Positions 1 through 7,348 of a DNA stretch of 24,398 bases are shown here, in pieces. The DNA comes from Pseudomonadota bacterium (GTDB taxonomy: Bacteria > UBA10199 > 2-02-FULL-44-16 > JBDRGF01). The notes beneath the pieces are model-generated. The model was given only the letters and a program-made list of their open reading frames with translations. It was not told the DNA's origin and ran no database searches. The DNA is taken from contig JBDRGF010000008.1 of assembly GCA_043818055.1 (NCBI GenBank), positions 1-24,398 of the forward strand, given 5' to 3'. A program made the translations under genes and the position numbers. Each line of letters opens with the position of its first letter. The first letter of the stretch is position 1.

Positions 1-467
1 GTGAAACTTCCATAATTCGCTCTCCAGTATGACTGATCCTTGAGAGCAAGCGTGATATCATCGATCCTCACATTCACATCGCTGATGCACTTTTCATATC
101 TCGCCTTCATCATGCCGTTTAACTCGGATGGGGATATGTCAGCCTTAGCGGCCAGTTTGTCGTAGAGATCTCTGTATTCCGGCACCATTGCTTCGACCTG
201 CGTGAAATCGACCGTAAGTTTTGCAGCATTTCCAAAGAGGGCATCCCAGTCTGAAAACTGTGAGCCGTTCAACTTGCTCTCCTCATCCTCAACCGCGAAC
301 TGCTTGAGCCATCTGTCGAGCGCGGTCTCAGTAGAAGGTGCGGGGACAGAGCTTGCCTTAGAAGCCTCATCCTGCTTCACATCCTGTGCCTTTTGGGCAT
401 CGGAAGCAGAGGAGGCATCCTTCTCGCTCTTGATCGATTTGAATAATGTTTTTGGGTTTACCTTCAT
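1..467 (-). CDS. hypothetical protein, 3'-truncated at window edge; probable paralog of 621..1196
   Basis: Not in the ORF track because there is no stop in the window. ATG at 467 follows GGAGATATATATA; the frame reads open to base 1 (MKVNPKTLFKSIKSEKDASSAS...QSYWRANYGSF). A sigma54-like promoter lies upstream, and motifs are shared with the neighbouring gene. Confidence 0.85.
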   Translation of the reverse strand, partial: MKVNPKTLFKSIKSEKDASSASDAQKAQDVKQDEASKASSVPAPSTETALDRWLKQFAVEDEESKLNGSQFSDWDALFGNAAKLTVDFTQVEAMVPEYRDLYDKLAAKADISPSELNGMMKARYEKCISDVNVRIDDITLALKDQSYWRANYGSF

Positions 468-502
468 TATATATATCTCCAAAAGTTATCGCATACATAC
501 GT

Positions 503-519
503 TGCAAGCTTTAGGCCAA
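503..519 (-). promoter_or_regulatory. sigma54 (RpoN) -24/-12 promoter candidate
   Basis: Minus strand reads TTGGCCTAAAGCTTGCA = TGGC-N7-TTGCA (GG-N10-GC), 35 nt upstream of the ATG at 467. Confidence 0.7.
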
Positions 520-620
520 CTTTTAACCTTTTTTAAACCCCTTAACCCCCTGAAATTGCTTATTTTATTGTACAAGATGGATCAATTACCTTTGACTAAT
601 AGGGGGGCTCTGTCACCAGA

Positions 621-1196
621 TTAATTGCCTGCACCCTCCGTTTTCCTCTCCTCGGCCTGAACCTCCATCTCCTTCTTATAATTTCTATAGTAGTATCGAG
701 CCAGATCGACGTGATTTTTGGCATCGATAAGCCTTTTTTCGACCACATCTATGAGCTGGTAATGGATTTGTCTCTCCTGTGCCGTCATAAACCCCCGTTT
801 TAGAGCGTCGTACGCATCGACCTTCATCTTCTCTAACGTCTCTTTGATGGCATAATAGCGCTGAAGCGTTGCCAGCGAGTTTTCTGCCTTTGCAGATGCG
901 TCTAGATCCATAAATTCAGGCACCTCAGGGATCCCCTTAACAAGGTCATTGAGCGAAATATCCTGTTTGGGGAAGAGGGCGTCTATATCCTGTTGAATGG
1001 CATTTTTTGGGCCGCCATATTTGAGATTATCCCATGGTGTGAAGTCGATAGGGTCTTGTCTCAGCTGTTCAACCTCTTCCTGGGGGATTGGCGCCTCACT
1101 TGTGAGATCCACCGTTTGTGCCTTTGGCTTATTCCCATTCTCCAAAAGCTTCAATAAATCCGCGGGCTTATTTGCTATTTTGCTACTTGAACTCAT
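621..1196 (-). CDS. hypothetical protein (191 aa), helical
   Basis: Open frame with AAGGAG RBS before the ATG and a sigma54-like promoter upstream; no recognisable family. Confidence 0.85.
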   Translation of the reverse strand: MSSSSKIANKPADLLKLLENGNKPKAQTVDLTSEAPIPQEEVEQLRQDPIDFTPWDNLKYGGPKNAIQQDIDALFPKQDISLNDLVKGIPEVPEFMDLDASAKAENSLATLQRYYAIKETLEKMKVDAYDALKRGFMTAQERQIHYQLIDVVEKRLIDAKNHVDLARYYYRNYKKEMEVQAEERKTEGAGN

Positions 1197-1236
1197 GGAT
1201 ATACTCCTTATATTTTATCAATCCGTGCAGTTCTAA

Positions 1237-1253
1237 TGCAATTCATAAGCCAA
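1237..1253 (-). promoter_or_regulatory. sigma54 (RpoN) -24/-12 promoter candidate
   Basis: Minus strand reads TTGGCTTATGAATTGCA = TGGC-N7-TTGCA, 40 nt upstream of the ATG at 1196. Confidence 0.7.
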
Positions 1254-1260
1254 AAAGGCA

Positions 1261-1347
1261 GTGAAGCGTCCACCCGTGAAGCGTGAAGCGCGAGGAAATT
1301 ATATTAGTACCTCCGACCGAGGCTTCACGAATTTCATGCTACATGCG
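1261..1347. repeat. GTGAAGC-heptamer interspersed repeat element
   Basis: 1261-1299 is the exact reverse complement of 19714-19752, and the rest of the element also aligns. The same core occurs at 14301 and 14498. Confidence 0.9.
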
Positions 1348-1376
1348 CAGTTACCTTAACATCTCGCAGAATTTAC

Positions 1377-1405
1377 TTGAAAAAAATACTAAAGTAGTAT
1401 ATAAG
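1377..1405 (+). promoter_or_regulatory. sigma70-like promoter for the HAD-larE-larB operon
   Basis: TTGAAA-N17-TATAAG ending 9 nt before ATG 1415. Confidence 0.5.
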
Positions 1406-1414
1406 CGCGGCCTT

Positions 1415-2071
1415 ATGAAAAAAGAGAAAAAAAATATAGCTTTTGTAATGGATCTCGACGGCACGGTTGTAAATCCCGGAACGGCGATTCCGAGATGCAT
1501 CAACTATGCTTTGCAAAAACAAGGGGTTAAATCCGTTCCCATCGAACGACTCAAGCGCTACATCGGTCACGATCTCACCTTCATCTTTTCCGAAGTTACA
1601 GGCAGGAAGGATAAGAAATTTTTAAAGGCATGCATTGACGCTTATCAGAGTCGATTTTTGAAAGATGGCATCGCTGAACACAGGCTCTATCCGGGAATAG
1701 TTGGCCTTCTCGAAGCAGCTTCAGAGAAGGGCGACCTCTACATACTCTCCATCAAACCCAAGGCCTCCTGCGAGATGGTCCTCGAAAACTTAGGCATCGT
1801 CAAGCATTTCGCGAAGATCTATGGTGGCGACACCAAGGGGTGCAAGGGTAACAAAGCGGAGATCCTTAAAAATCTGGCGAAGACAGAAAAATTAACCCAG
1901 ATCATCGTCGTCGGTGACAGGGCGATGGATGTTGAAGCCGCGAACAAATGCAAATTCCGTTCAATTGGCGTCACATATGGTTATGGCACAAAGAACGAAC
2001 TAATGAATGCCGGCGCCTCATTTGTAGCAGAGACCGTCGGAGAACTCAGGCAATGTCTCCTAAATTCGTAA
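1415..2071 (+). CDS. HAD-superfamily hydrolase (phosphoglycolate phosphatase-like)
   Basis: Motif I DLDGT, motif IV VGDRAMDV, GVTYGYG. Start moved to ATG 1415 because the track's extension runs through a repeat. Confidence 0.9.
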   Translation: MKKEKKNIAFVMDLDGTVVNPGTAIPRCINYALQKQGVKSVPIERLKRYIGHDLTFIFSEVTGRKDKKFLKACIDAYQSRFLKDGIAEHRLYPGIVGLLEAASEKGDLYILSIKPKASCEMVLENLGIVKHFAKIYGGDTKGCKGNKAEILKNLAKTEKLTQIIVVGDRAMDVEAANKCKFRSIGVTYGYGTKNELMNAGASFVAETVGELRQCLLNS

Positions 2072-2868
2072 ACGACAATAAAAATTTGATTAAACTCATA
2101 CGGCGCTTCGAAGAACTTGGAAGCGCCGTTGTTGCATTTTCAGGGGGGGTGGACTCAGCTCTGTTGGTTGCTGCGTCGCATCTGGTTCTTGGAAATGAAA
2201 AGATGGTCGCTATCACTGTCGATTCCCACTCTTTGCCCGATGACGACAGGAAGAGGGTCGCACGTTTCTGTAGCGATCTTTCAATTCCACATGAATTTGT
2301 AGCTGGAACTGAATTTGAAGATGAAAAATTCTTATCCAACTCCTCCGACAGATGTTATTTTTGCAAAAAACATCTCTATTCTCTTCTGATGAATGTCGCA
2401 GAGAGATACAATTTCAAATATGTCGTGGAAGGCACAAACAGTTCCGATATGACAGGCCATAGGCCAGGAGCAAAAGCCGCATTTGAGTTTGAGAGAGTTG
2501 TCCAGCCGCTGAAAGAACTCGGCCTCGATAAGGCAGAGGTGAGAAAACTTGCCAAAGCACTGAACCTCAAAGAGGCCGATAAACCTGCGACAGCCTGCCT
2601 CTCTTCGAGAATTCCATTCGGCACCAAAATTTCGCATGAGAGATTGTTGCTTGTTGATAAGGCTGAGAGTTATTTGAAACAACTGGGTATCAAAAAAGTG
2701 AGGGTGCGTGATCATGATAAGATAGCGAGGATAGAGGTTGACGATGAGAGCTTTGCGATAGTATTGAACCAAAGGGAAGAGATCCTCAAAATGCTTGCAG
2801 CCCTCGGATGGCATCATATCACCCTCGACCTCGGGGGCTACTCACCCGCAATACCTCATAAGGAATAA
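2053..2868 (+). CDS. larE: LarE-family ATP-dependent sulfur transferase (nickel-pincer cofactor biosynthesis)
   Basis: PP-loop AFSGGVDS, DRCYFCK, HRPG, PATACLSSRIPFG, RVRDH; adjacent to larB. Start at ATG 2053 (MSPKF). Confidence 0.92.
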   Translation: MSPKFVNDNKNLIKLIRRFEELGSAVVAFSGGVDSALLVAASHLVLGNEKMVAITVDSHSLPDDDRKRVARFCSDLSIPHEFVAGTEFEDEKFLSNSSDRCYFCKKHLYSLLMNVAERYNFKYVVEGTNSSDMTGHRPGAKAAFEFERVVQPLKELGLDKAEVRKLAKALNLKEADKPATACLSSRIPFGTKISHERLLLVDKAESYLKQLGIKKVRVRDHDKIARIEVDDESFAIVLNQREEILKMLAALGWHHITLDLGGYSPAIPHKE

Positions 2869-2871
2869 AAG

Positions 2872-3636
2872 ATGATGAACAAATCTGAGATAATCGAGCT
2901 CCTCAAGAGCATTGAAGAGGGACGCCTCTCATCAGAGGCGGGTTTCGATGCCATCGCTCATCTCCCTTTTAAAAATATCGAATGTGCGAAGCTCGATAGT
3001 CATCGGCCTCTAAGAAACGGATTCTCAGAGACCCTCTTTTGCCAGGGCAAGGATATTCAGGATATCCTCAATATAGTGAAGAGAGTGTTTGACGATGGTA
3101 ATAACCTTTTGGCAACAAGAGCTATGAGTGAAGTAGCATCAAGAGTGATCGAAAATTTTCCATTGGCCAGTTACGATGAGAGGTCTATGACTCTCAAGCT
3201 CGTGCAGAAAAGGATCGAACCTGTTCAGGGAAACCTCGCTGTAGTATCCGCAGGCACCGCTGACCAAAAGGTTGCCGATGAGGCTTATGAGACCGCCGCG
3301 TTTTTTGGTGCCAGCGCGAAGAAATTTTACGATGTGGGGATCGCCGGACTTCCACGACTTCTTTCATGCGTGACCGAATTGAAGGAGCAAGATGTCGTGA
3401 TCGTCATAGCTGGAATGGAGGGTGCACTTCCATCTGTATTGGGAGGTCTCATCTCAAAACCGATCATCGCAGTACCGACGAGTGTCGGCTATGGAACTCA
3501 TCTAAACGGCATCACACCGTTGTTTGCGATGTTATCGAGTTGCGCTGAAGGGATCACAGTTGTGAATATCGACAACGGTTTTGGAGCAGCTTGTGCCGCA
3601 TTGAGAATCTTGAGAAATGTCCAAAAAAATTTCTGA
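2872..3636 (+). CDS. larB: LarB nickel-pincer cofactor biosynthesis carboxylase/hydrolase (PurE-like)
   Basis: SAGTAD, DVGIAGLPRL, AGMEGALPSV, PTSVGYG, VVNIDNGFGAA. Confidence 0.95.
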   Translation: MMNKSEIIELLKSIEEGRLSSEAGFDAIAHLPFKNIECAKLDSHRPLRNGFSETLFCQGKDIQDILNIVKRVFDDGNNLLATRAMSEVASRVIENFPLASYDERSMTLKLVQKRIEPVQGNLAVVSAGTADQKVADEAYETAAFFGASAKKFYDVGIAGLPRLLSCVTELKEQDVVIVIAGMEGALPSVLGGLISKPIIAVPTSVGYGTHLNGITPLFAMLSSCAEGITVVNIDNGFGAACAALRILRNVQKNF

Positions 3637-3842
3637 CACATCAATAATGAACATTTTTAATTTTTCCTTACTTTTTTTTCAAAAAAAAATTGTTTTTTTT
3701 GAAGTTCGGTTTTGAACTCACTTTAAAATATTGATTACTTGCAAAAGCCCGTAGAATCAACATGTCCGATTTTCTATTTTATTTTTCTAAAAAAAACATC
3801 ATAAATAAAATGGAGTTAGCTCATTCAATATGCAAAAAAAGT

Positions 3843-3871
3843 TTGACGCTATTTTTAGTATTGTTTATAAT
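3843..3871 (+). promoter_or_regulatory. near-consensus sigma70 promoter
   Basis: TTGACG-N17-TATAAT with A-tracts immediately upstream (UP-element-like). Confidence 0.85.
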
Positions 3872-3931
3872 GCGACAAGTCAGTAAAAGAGAGTTTAATT
3901 TAACAAGTTTTTTAACGAAGGAGGGGGAAAA

Positions 3932-4057
3932 ATGAAGAAGAGAAAAGCAGCGAAAAAGACAACGAAGAAAAAAGCAACAAAGAAGAAAGCAACAAAGAAG
4001 AAAGTAACAAAGAAAAAAGCAACAAAGAAGAAAAAAGCAACAAAGAAGAAAAGGTAG
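3932..4057 (+). CDS. 41-aa Lys-rich histone-H1-like/protamine-like small protein
   Basis: AAGGAGGGGG RBS; MKKRKAAKKTTKKKATKKKATKKKVTKKKATKKKKATKKKR*; flanked by a strong promoter and terminator; below the ORF-track length cutoff. Confidence 0.85.
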   Translation: MKKRKAAKKTTKKKATKKKATKKKVTKKKATKKKKATKKKR

Positions 4058-4099
4058 TTGAAACGATTTTGTTTGCTCAGGCCTCGAGCCTGGGAAAAG

Positions 4100-4130
4100 A
4101 TCCCCTACTCACAAAGTAGGGGATTTTTTT
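4100..4130 (+). terminator. intrinsic terminator
   Basis: ATCCCCTACT-CACAA-AGTAGGGGAT perfect 10-bp stem followed by a T run. Confidence 0.9.
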
Positions 4131-4172
4131 ATTGTAGAGAATATTCAATTGTGTTAGGAGCACCTCATCTTT

Positions 4173-4195
4173 GTAGGGGCGGCTCGTGAACCGCC
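4173..4195 (+). repeat. single GTAG-type REP-like palindrome
   Basis: GTAGGGGCGG-CTCGTGAA-CCGCC, same architecture as the arms of the REP doublets. Confidence 0.65.
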
Positions 4196-4231
4196 TAAAG
4201 TAATTGCATCATTTATATAAGGGGGTGAACG

Positions 4232-4783
4232 ATGTCCGATACTGTACCGACAAAAATATTTCTAACGAAGGGCGTGGGAAGGCATAAGGAGAAGCTTCAG
4301 AGCTTTGAGATGGCGCTTCGCCAGGCTAGGATAGCTCAATACAATCTGGTAAGGGTCTCAAGTATTTTTCCTCCATTTTGTAAAATTATTCCAAGAAACT
4401 TAGGCAATTCAAGACTTAACCCCGGCCAGATAGTCCACTGCGTAATGTCGGACATCTCAACTGATGAACCACATCGACTTGTAGCAGCATCTGTCGGCAT
4501 AGCTATTCCCAAAAATGCAAGTCAGCACGGATATCTTTCAGAACACCATTCATATGGTCAGAACGAGAGACATGCGGGAGATTATGCTGAAGATCTCGCG
4601 GCTGAGATGTTGGCAACGATCCTGGGCGTTCAATTCGACCCCGACAAATCATGGAACGAGAGAAAGGGAACATGGACGATTTCAGGAGAGATCGTTCGCA
4701 CGGCTAACATAACACAATCCGCGGTTGGCGACAGGCGTGGATGGTGGACGACTGTTATCGCCGGAGCAATCCTGGTACCATGA
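4232..4783 (+). CDS. pdaD: pyruvoyl-dependent arginine decarboxylase
   Basis: SFEMALRQA, YNLVRVSSIFPP (Ser-Ser self-cleavage site), GYLSEHH; stop overlaps the agmatinase start. Confidence 0.92.
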   Translation: MSDTVPTKIFLTKGVGRHKEKLQSFEMALRQARIAQYNLVRVSSIFPPFCKIIPRNLGNSRLNPGQIVHCVMSDISTDEPHRLVAASVGIAIPKNASQHGYLSEHHSYGQNERHAGDYAEDLAAEMLATILGVQFDPDKSWNERKGTWTISGEIVRTANITQSAVGDRRGWWTTVIAGAILVP

Positions 4784-5664
4784 CCGACTCATCCCAAAAT
4801 GAAATATTCCTGGGCGCAGATGCTCAGGATGTTGGCATCGAAAACTCAAAAGTAGCAATCTTGTCAGCCCCATTCGAAGCGACTGTCAGCTACGGTTCAG
4901 GCACATCCAAAGGCCCCCGATCTATAATAGAAGCCTCCTCACAGGTTGAACTATATGATGAAGAGCTCGATCTCGAACCATATAGGGTCGGCATCTATAC
5001 GCATCCAACAATTGACTTCGACGGTTTGTCAGTCGAGGCCTCACTTGAAAGGATAGGAAACTCAGTTTCTGAACTCATCAAATCGGGTAAAAAGGTCTTG
5101 ATGCTTGGGGGCGAGCACAGCGTGACTGCCCCCAGCGTGAAAGCTCATCACGAGGTTCACCCTGAATTCACCGTTCTGCAATTCGACGCGCATGCCGATC
5201 TGAAGGAGGAATATCAGGGCAGCCCTCATTCACACGCCAGCGTAATGGCGAGGGTTAGGGAGATGGTCCCTGCGGTTCAGGTTGGAATGCGAAGCCTGAA
5301 TGCCGACGAGGCCAGGATCATCAAAGCAAAAGAGTATCCTCTCTTCTATGCTTATGCGATCAGGAAGAACAAAAACTGGATTCAGGATGTGATAAAGAGC
5401 ATCAGGACGAAAAAGGTCTATGTGACCCTTGATATCGATGTCTTTTCATCATCTATCATGCCCGCGACAGGGACACCAGAACCGGGAGGACTCGACTGGT
5501 ATGAAGTGACAGCCCTTCTAAAAGAGGTTGGGGAAAAATTCGATGTAATAGGCGCTGACCTTGTCGAACTGGCTCCCATCGACGGGTTAATCGCAACCGA
5601 TTTTCTCGCAGCAAAGCTCGCATACAAGATGATTGGATATTTCTGGGCAACAAACTCCAAATGA
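4780..5664 (+). CDS. speB: agmatinase
   Basis: Ureohydrolase motifs GGEHS, DAHAD, DIDV, ATGTPEPGG; ATGA overlap with pdaD at 4780-4783. Confidence 0.95.
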   Translation: MTDSSQNEIFLGADAQDVGIENSKVAILSAPFEATVSYGSGTSKGPRSIIEASSQVELYDEELDLEPYRVGIYTHPTIDFDGLSVEASLERIGNSVSELIKSGKKVLMLGGEHSVTAPSVKAHHEVHPEFTVLQFDAHADLKEEYQGSPHSHASVMARVREMVPAVQVGMRSLNADEARIIKAKEYPLFYAYAIRKNKNWIQDVIKSIRTKKVYVTLDIDVFSSSIMPATGTPEPGGLDWYEVTALLKEVGEKFDVIGADLVELAPIDGLIATDFLAAKLAYKMIGYFWATNSK

Positions 5665-5742
5665 CAAATTTATGGAACAGGTCAATGTTTCGTGGTAGGA
5701 AGTAGGGGCTATTTACGAAGAAGTCCATGTTTTAATGTTTTT

Positions 5743-5802
5743 GTAGGGGTAGGCCCCTGTGCCTGCCCTTATAAGAGGGCAACCACGGGGGGTTGCCCCT
5801 AC
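5743..5802. repeat. GTAG-family REP doublet
   Basis: GTAGGGG...CCCCTAC with two internal hairpins; near-identical reverse complement of 21563-21623. Confidence 0.9.
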
Positions 5803-5851
5803 ATTTCAGTTAGAAAATGCCTGCGCAGGGATTACAGTAGTAGGAGTCAGC

Positions 5852-7348
5852 ATGACAAAAAAAATTCTTAAAGTCCTTCTCATCGCGTTGATCCTTCTGA
5901 TGCCAAAATCGATTTTTGCCTCTCAAAGTCTTGAGAAGAATGTTATCGAATATCGTCTTTCGAACGGAATGCTCTGGCTTCTCATTCCAGAGAGGGAATC
6001 GCCCACTTTTTTTGGAGCGATCGCTGTTAGGACAGGTGGCATTGATGAAAAAGATGGCAAGACCGGCATCGCACATATGTTTGAACACATGGCATTCAAG
6101 GGATCCGAGAGGCTGGGAACAACTGACTTTAAGAAGGAAAAACCGATCCTCGAGAAGATATTCAGGGTATCCGAGGAGATGACTGAAGAGATACTCAAAA
6201 GCAAGCCGGATCAGAAAATGATAAAGGAATTAAAACAAAAGTTGGCTAATCTGGAGACTCAGGCCAAAAAACTTCAGAAGCCAAACGATGTCTTCAAAAC
6301 TCTCCAGAGAAACGGAGCTCAGGATCTCAACGCCTATACGACAAAGGACATGACGCTCTTTCATACAAGTCTTCCCAAAGACCGCATCGAGCTCTTCGGC
6401 GATGTCTTTTCCCAGATGGTGTTTCATCCGGTCTTCAGGGATTTCTACACCGAGCGCAGCGTGGTGAGCACCGAGAGGTCATCCCGTGTCGAGAACAACC
6501 CTTCAGGCCTCATTTACGATAAGCTTCTCAATATAGCGTTTGCAAATGGACCTTACAGTTTTTCGACTATCGGCCTCAAGAATGATATTGATCGACTGAC
6601 AGTGAAGGATGCAAAAGAGTTTTTTTCGACATACTATATTCCAATCAATATGGTCGGTGTAATAGTCGGTGATATCGATATCGGCAGGACAAAGAGGATG
6701 TTGAACCTCTATTTTGGGAGCAGGCCTAAGGGCAAAAAACCGCCCAAGCCAGGTCAATCAGAGCCGATGGGTGATAAATCTCTCACGATCGAATCCTTCG
6801 CATCTCCTGCTATGATTCTGGCATATCATAAGCCAACATATCCAAGCTCGGATGCAACGACCTTCGATGTGCTTGCGTATCTTCTGTGTGACGAGGATGT
6901 CGGCTATCTCGAAAAATCTCTCATCAAGGAGAAGAAGATCGCATCATATATATACTGCTCAGATAGCTACCCGGGACTCAGACAACAAAATCTCTTCTTG
7001 ATCTATGCCCAGCCACGGGATGGAATCTCTTTGAAGCGCCTTGAGGCTTCTATCAAGAAAGAGATCGAGATTGGCAGATCAAAGGAGATCACGAGAGAGG
7101 ATCTCAAAAGGATTCAGAACCGGATCAACCTTGGTTACTATCTGGCTATGTCAGACAACACAGGTTTGGCTCAGGTCTTAGTGAACAGTCAGGTTTTAAA
7201 AGGCTCCTGGAAGGACGCATTTCAATATCCCAAAGAGATTGCAAGGGTGACTCCAGATCAGATAAGCTCGCTCTATCCGAAATATATTACAAAGGAGAAC
7301 AGTGTGGTCATCTATCGGAATAAAGGCTCAAAGAGGAGAGGCGGATGA
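5852..7348 (+). CDS. M16 (insulinase/pitrilysin) zinc peptidase, catalytic subunit, with signal peptide
   Basis: GIAHMFEHMAFKG (HxxEH), NAYTT; start at ATG 5852 after AGGAG gives the signal peptide MTKKILKVLLIALILL. Confidence 0.93.
   Translation: MTKKILKVLLIALILLMPKSIFASQSLEKNVIEYRLSNGMLWLLIPERESPTFFGAIAVRTGGIDEKDGKTGIAHMFEHMAFKGSERLGTTDFKKEKPILEKIFRVSEEMTEEILKSKPDQKMIKELKQKLANLETQAKKLQKPNDVFKTLQRNGAQDLNAYTTKDMTLFHTSLPKDRIELFGDVFSQMVFHPVFRDFYTERSVVSTERSSRVENNPSGLIYDKLLNIAFANGPYSFSTIGLKNDIDRLTVKDAKEFFSTYYIPINMVGVIVGDIDIGRTKRMLNLYFGSRPKGKKPPKPGQSEPMGDKSLTIESFASPAMILAYHKPTYPSSDATTFDVLAYLLCDEDVGYLEKSLIKEKKIASYIYCSDSYPGLRQQNLFLIYAQPRDGISLKRLEASIKKEIEIGRSKEITREDLKRIQNRINLGYYLAMSDNTGLAQVLVNSQVLKGSWKDAFQYPKEIARVTPDQISSLYPKYITKENSVVIYRNKGSKRRGG

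Noticed and set aside
202..624. 140-aa + strand ORF in the track
   Set aside because: Antisense shadow of the minus-strand gene 1..467, which has the RBS, promoter and paralog support.
4058..4231. Riboswitch or classical attenuator before pdaD
   Set aside because: Only a small hairpin (CAGGC-CTCGA-GCCTG), the terminator and a REP arm are visible; no aptamer consensus or convincing antiterminator.
5664..5742. Possible extra hairpin element with a GTAGGGGC fragment
   Set aside because: Pairing is weak and incomplete; at most a degenerate REP remnant.
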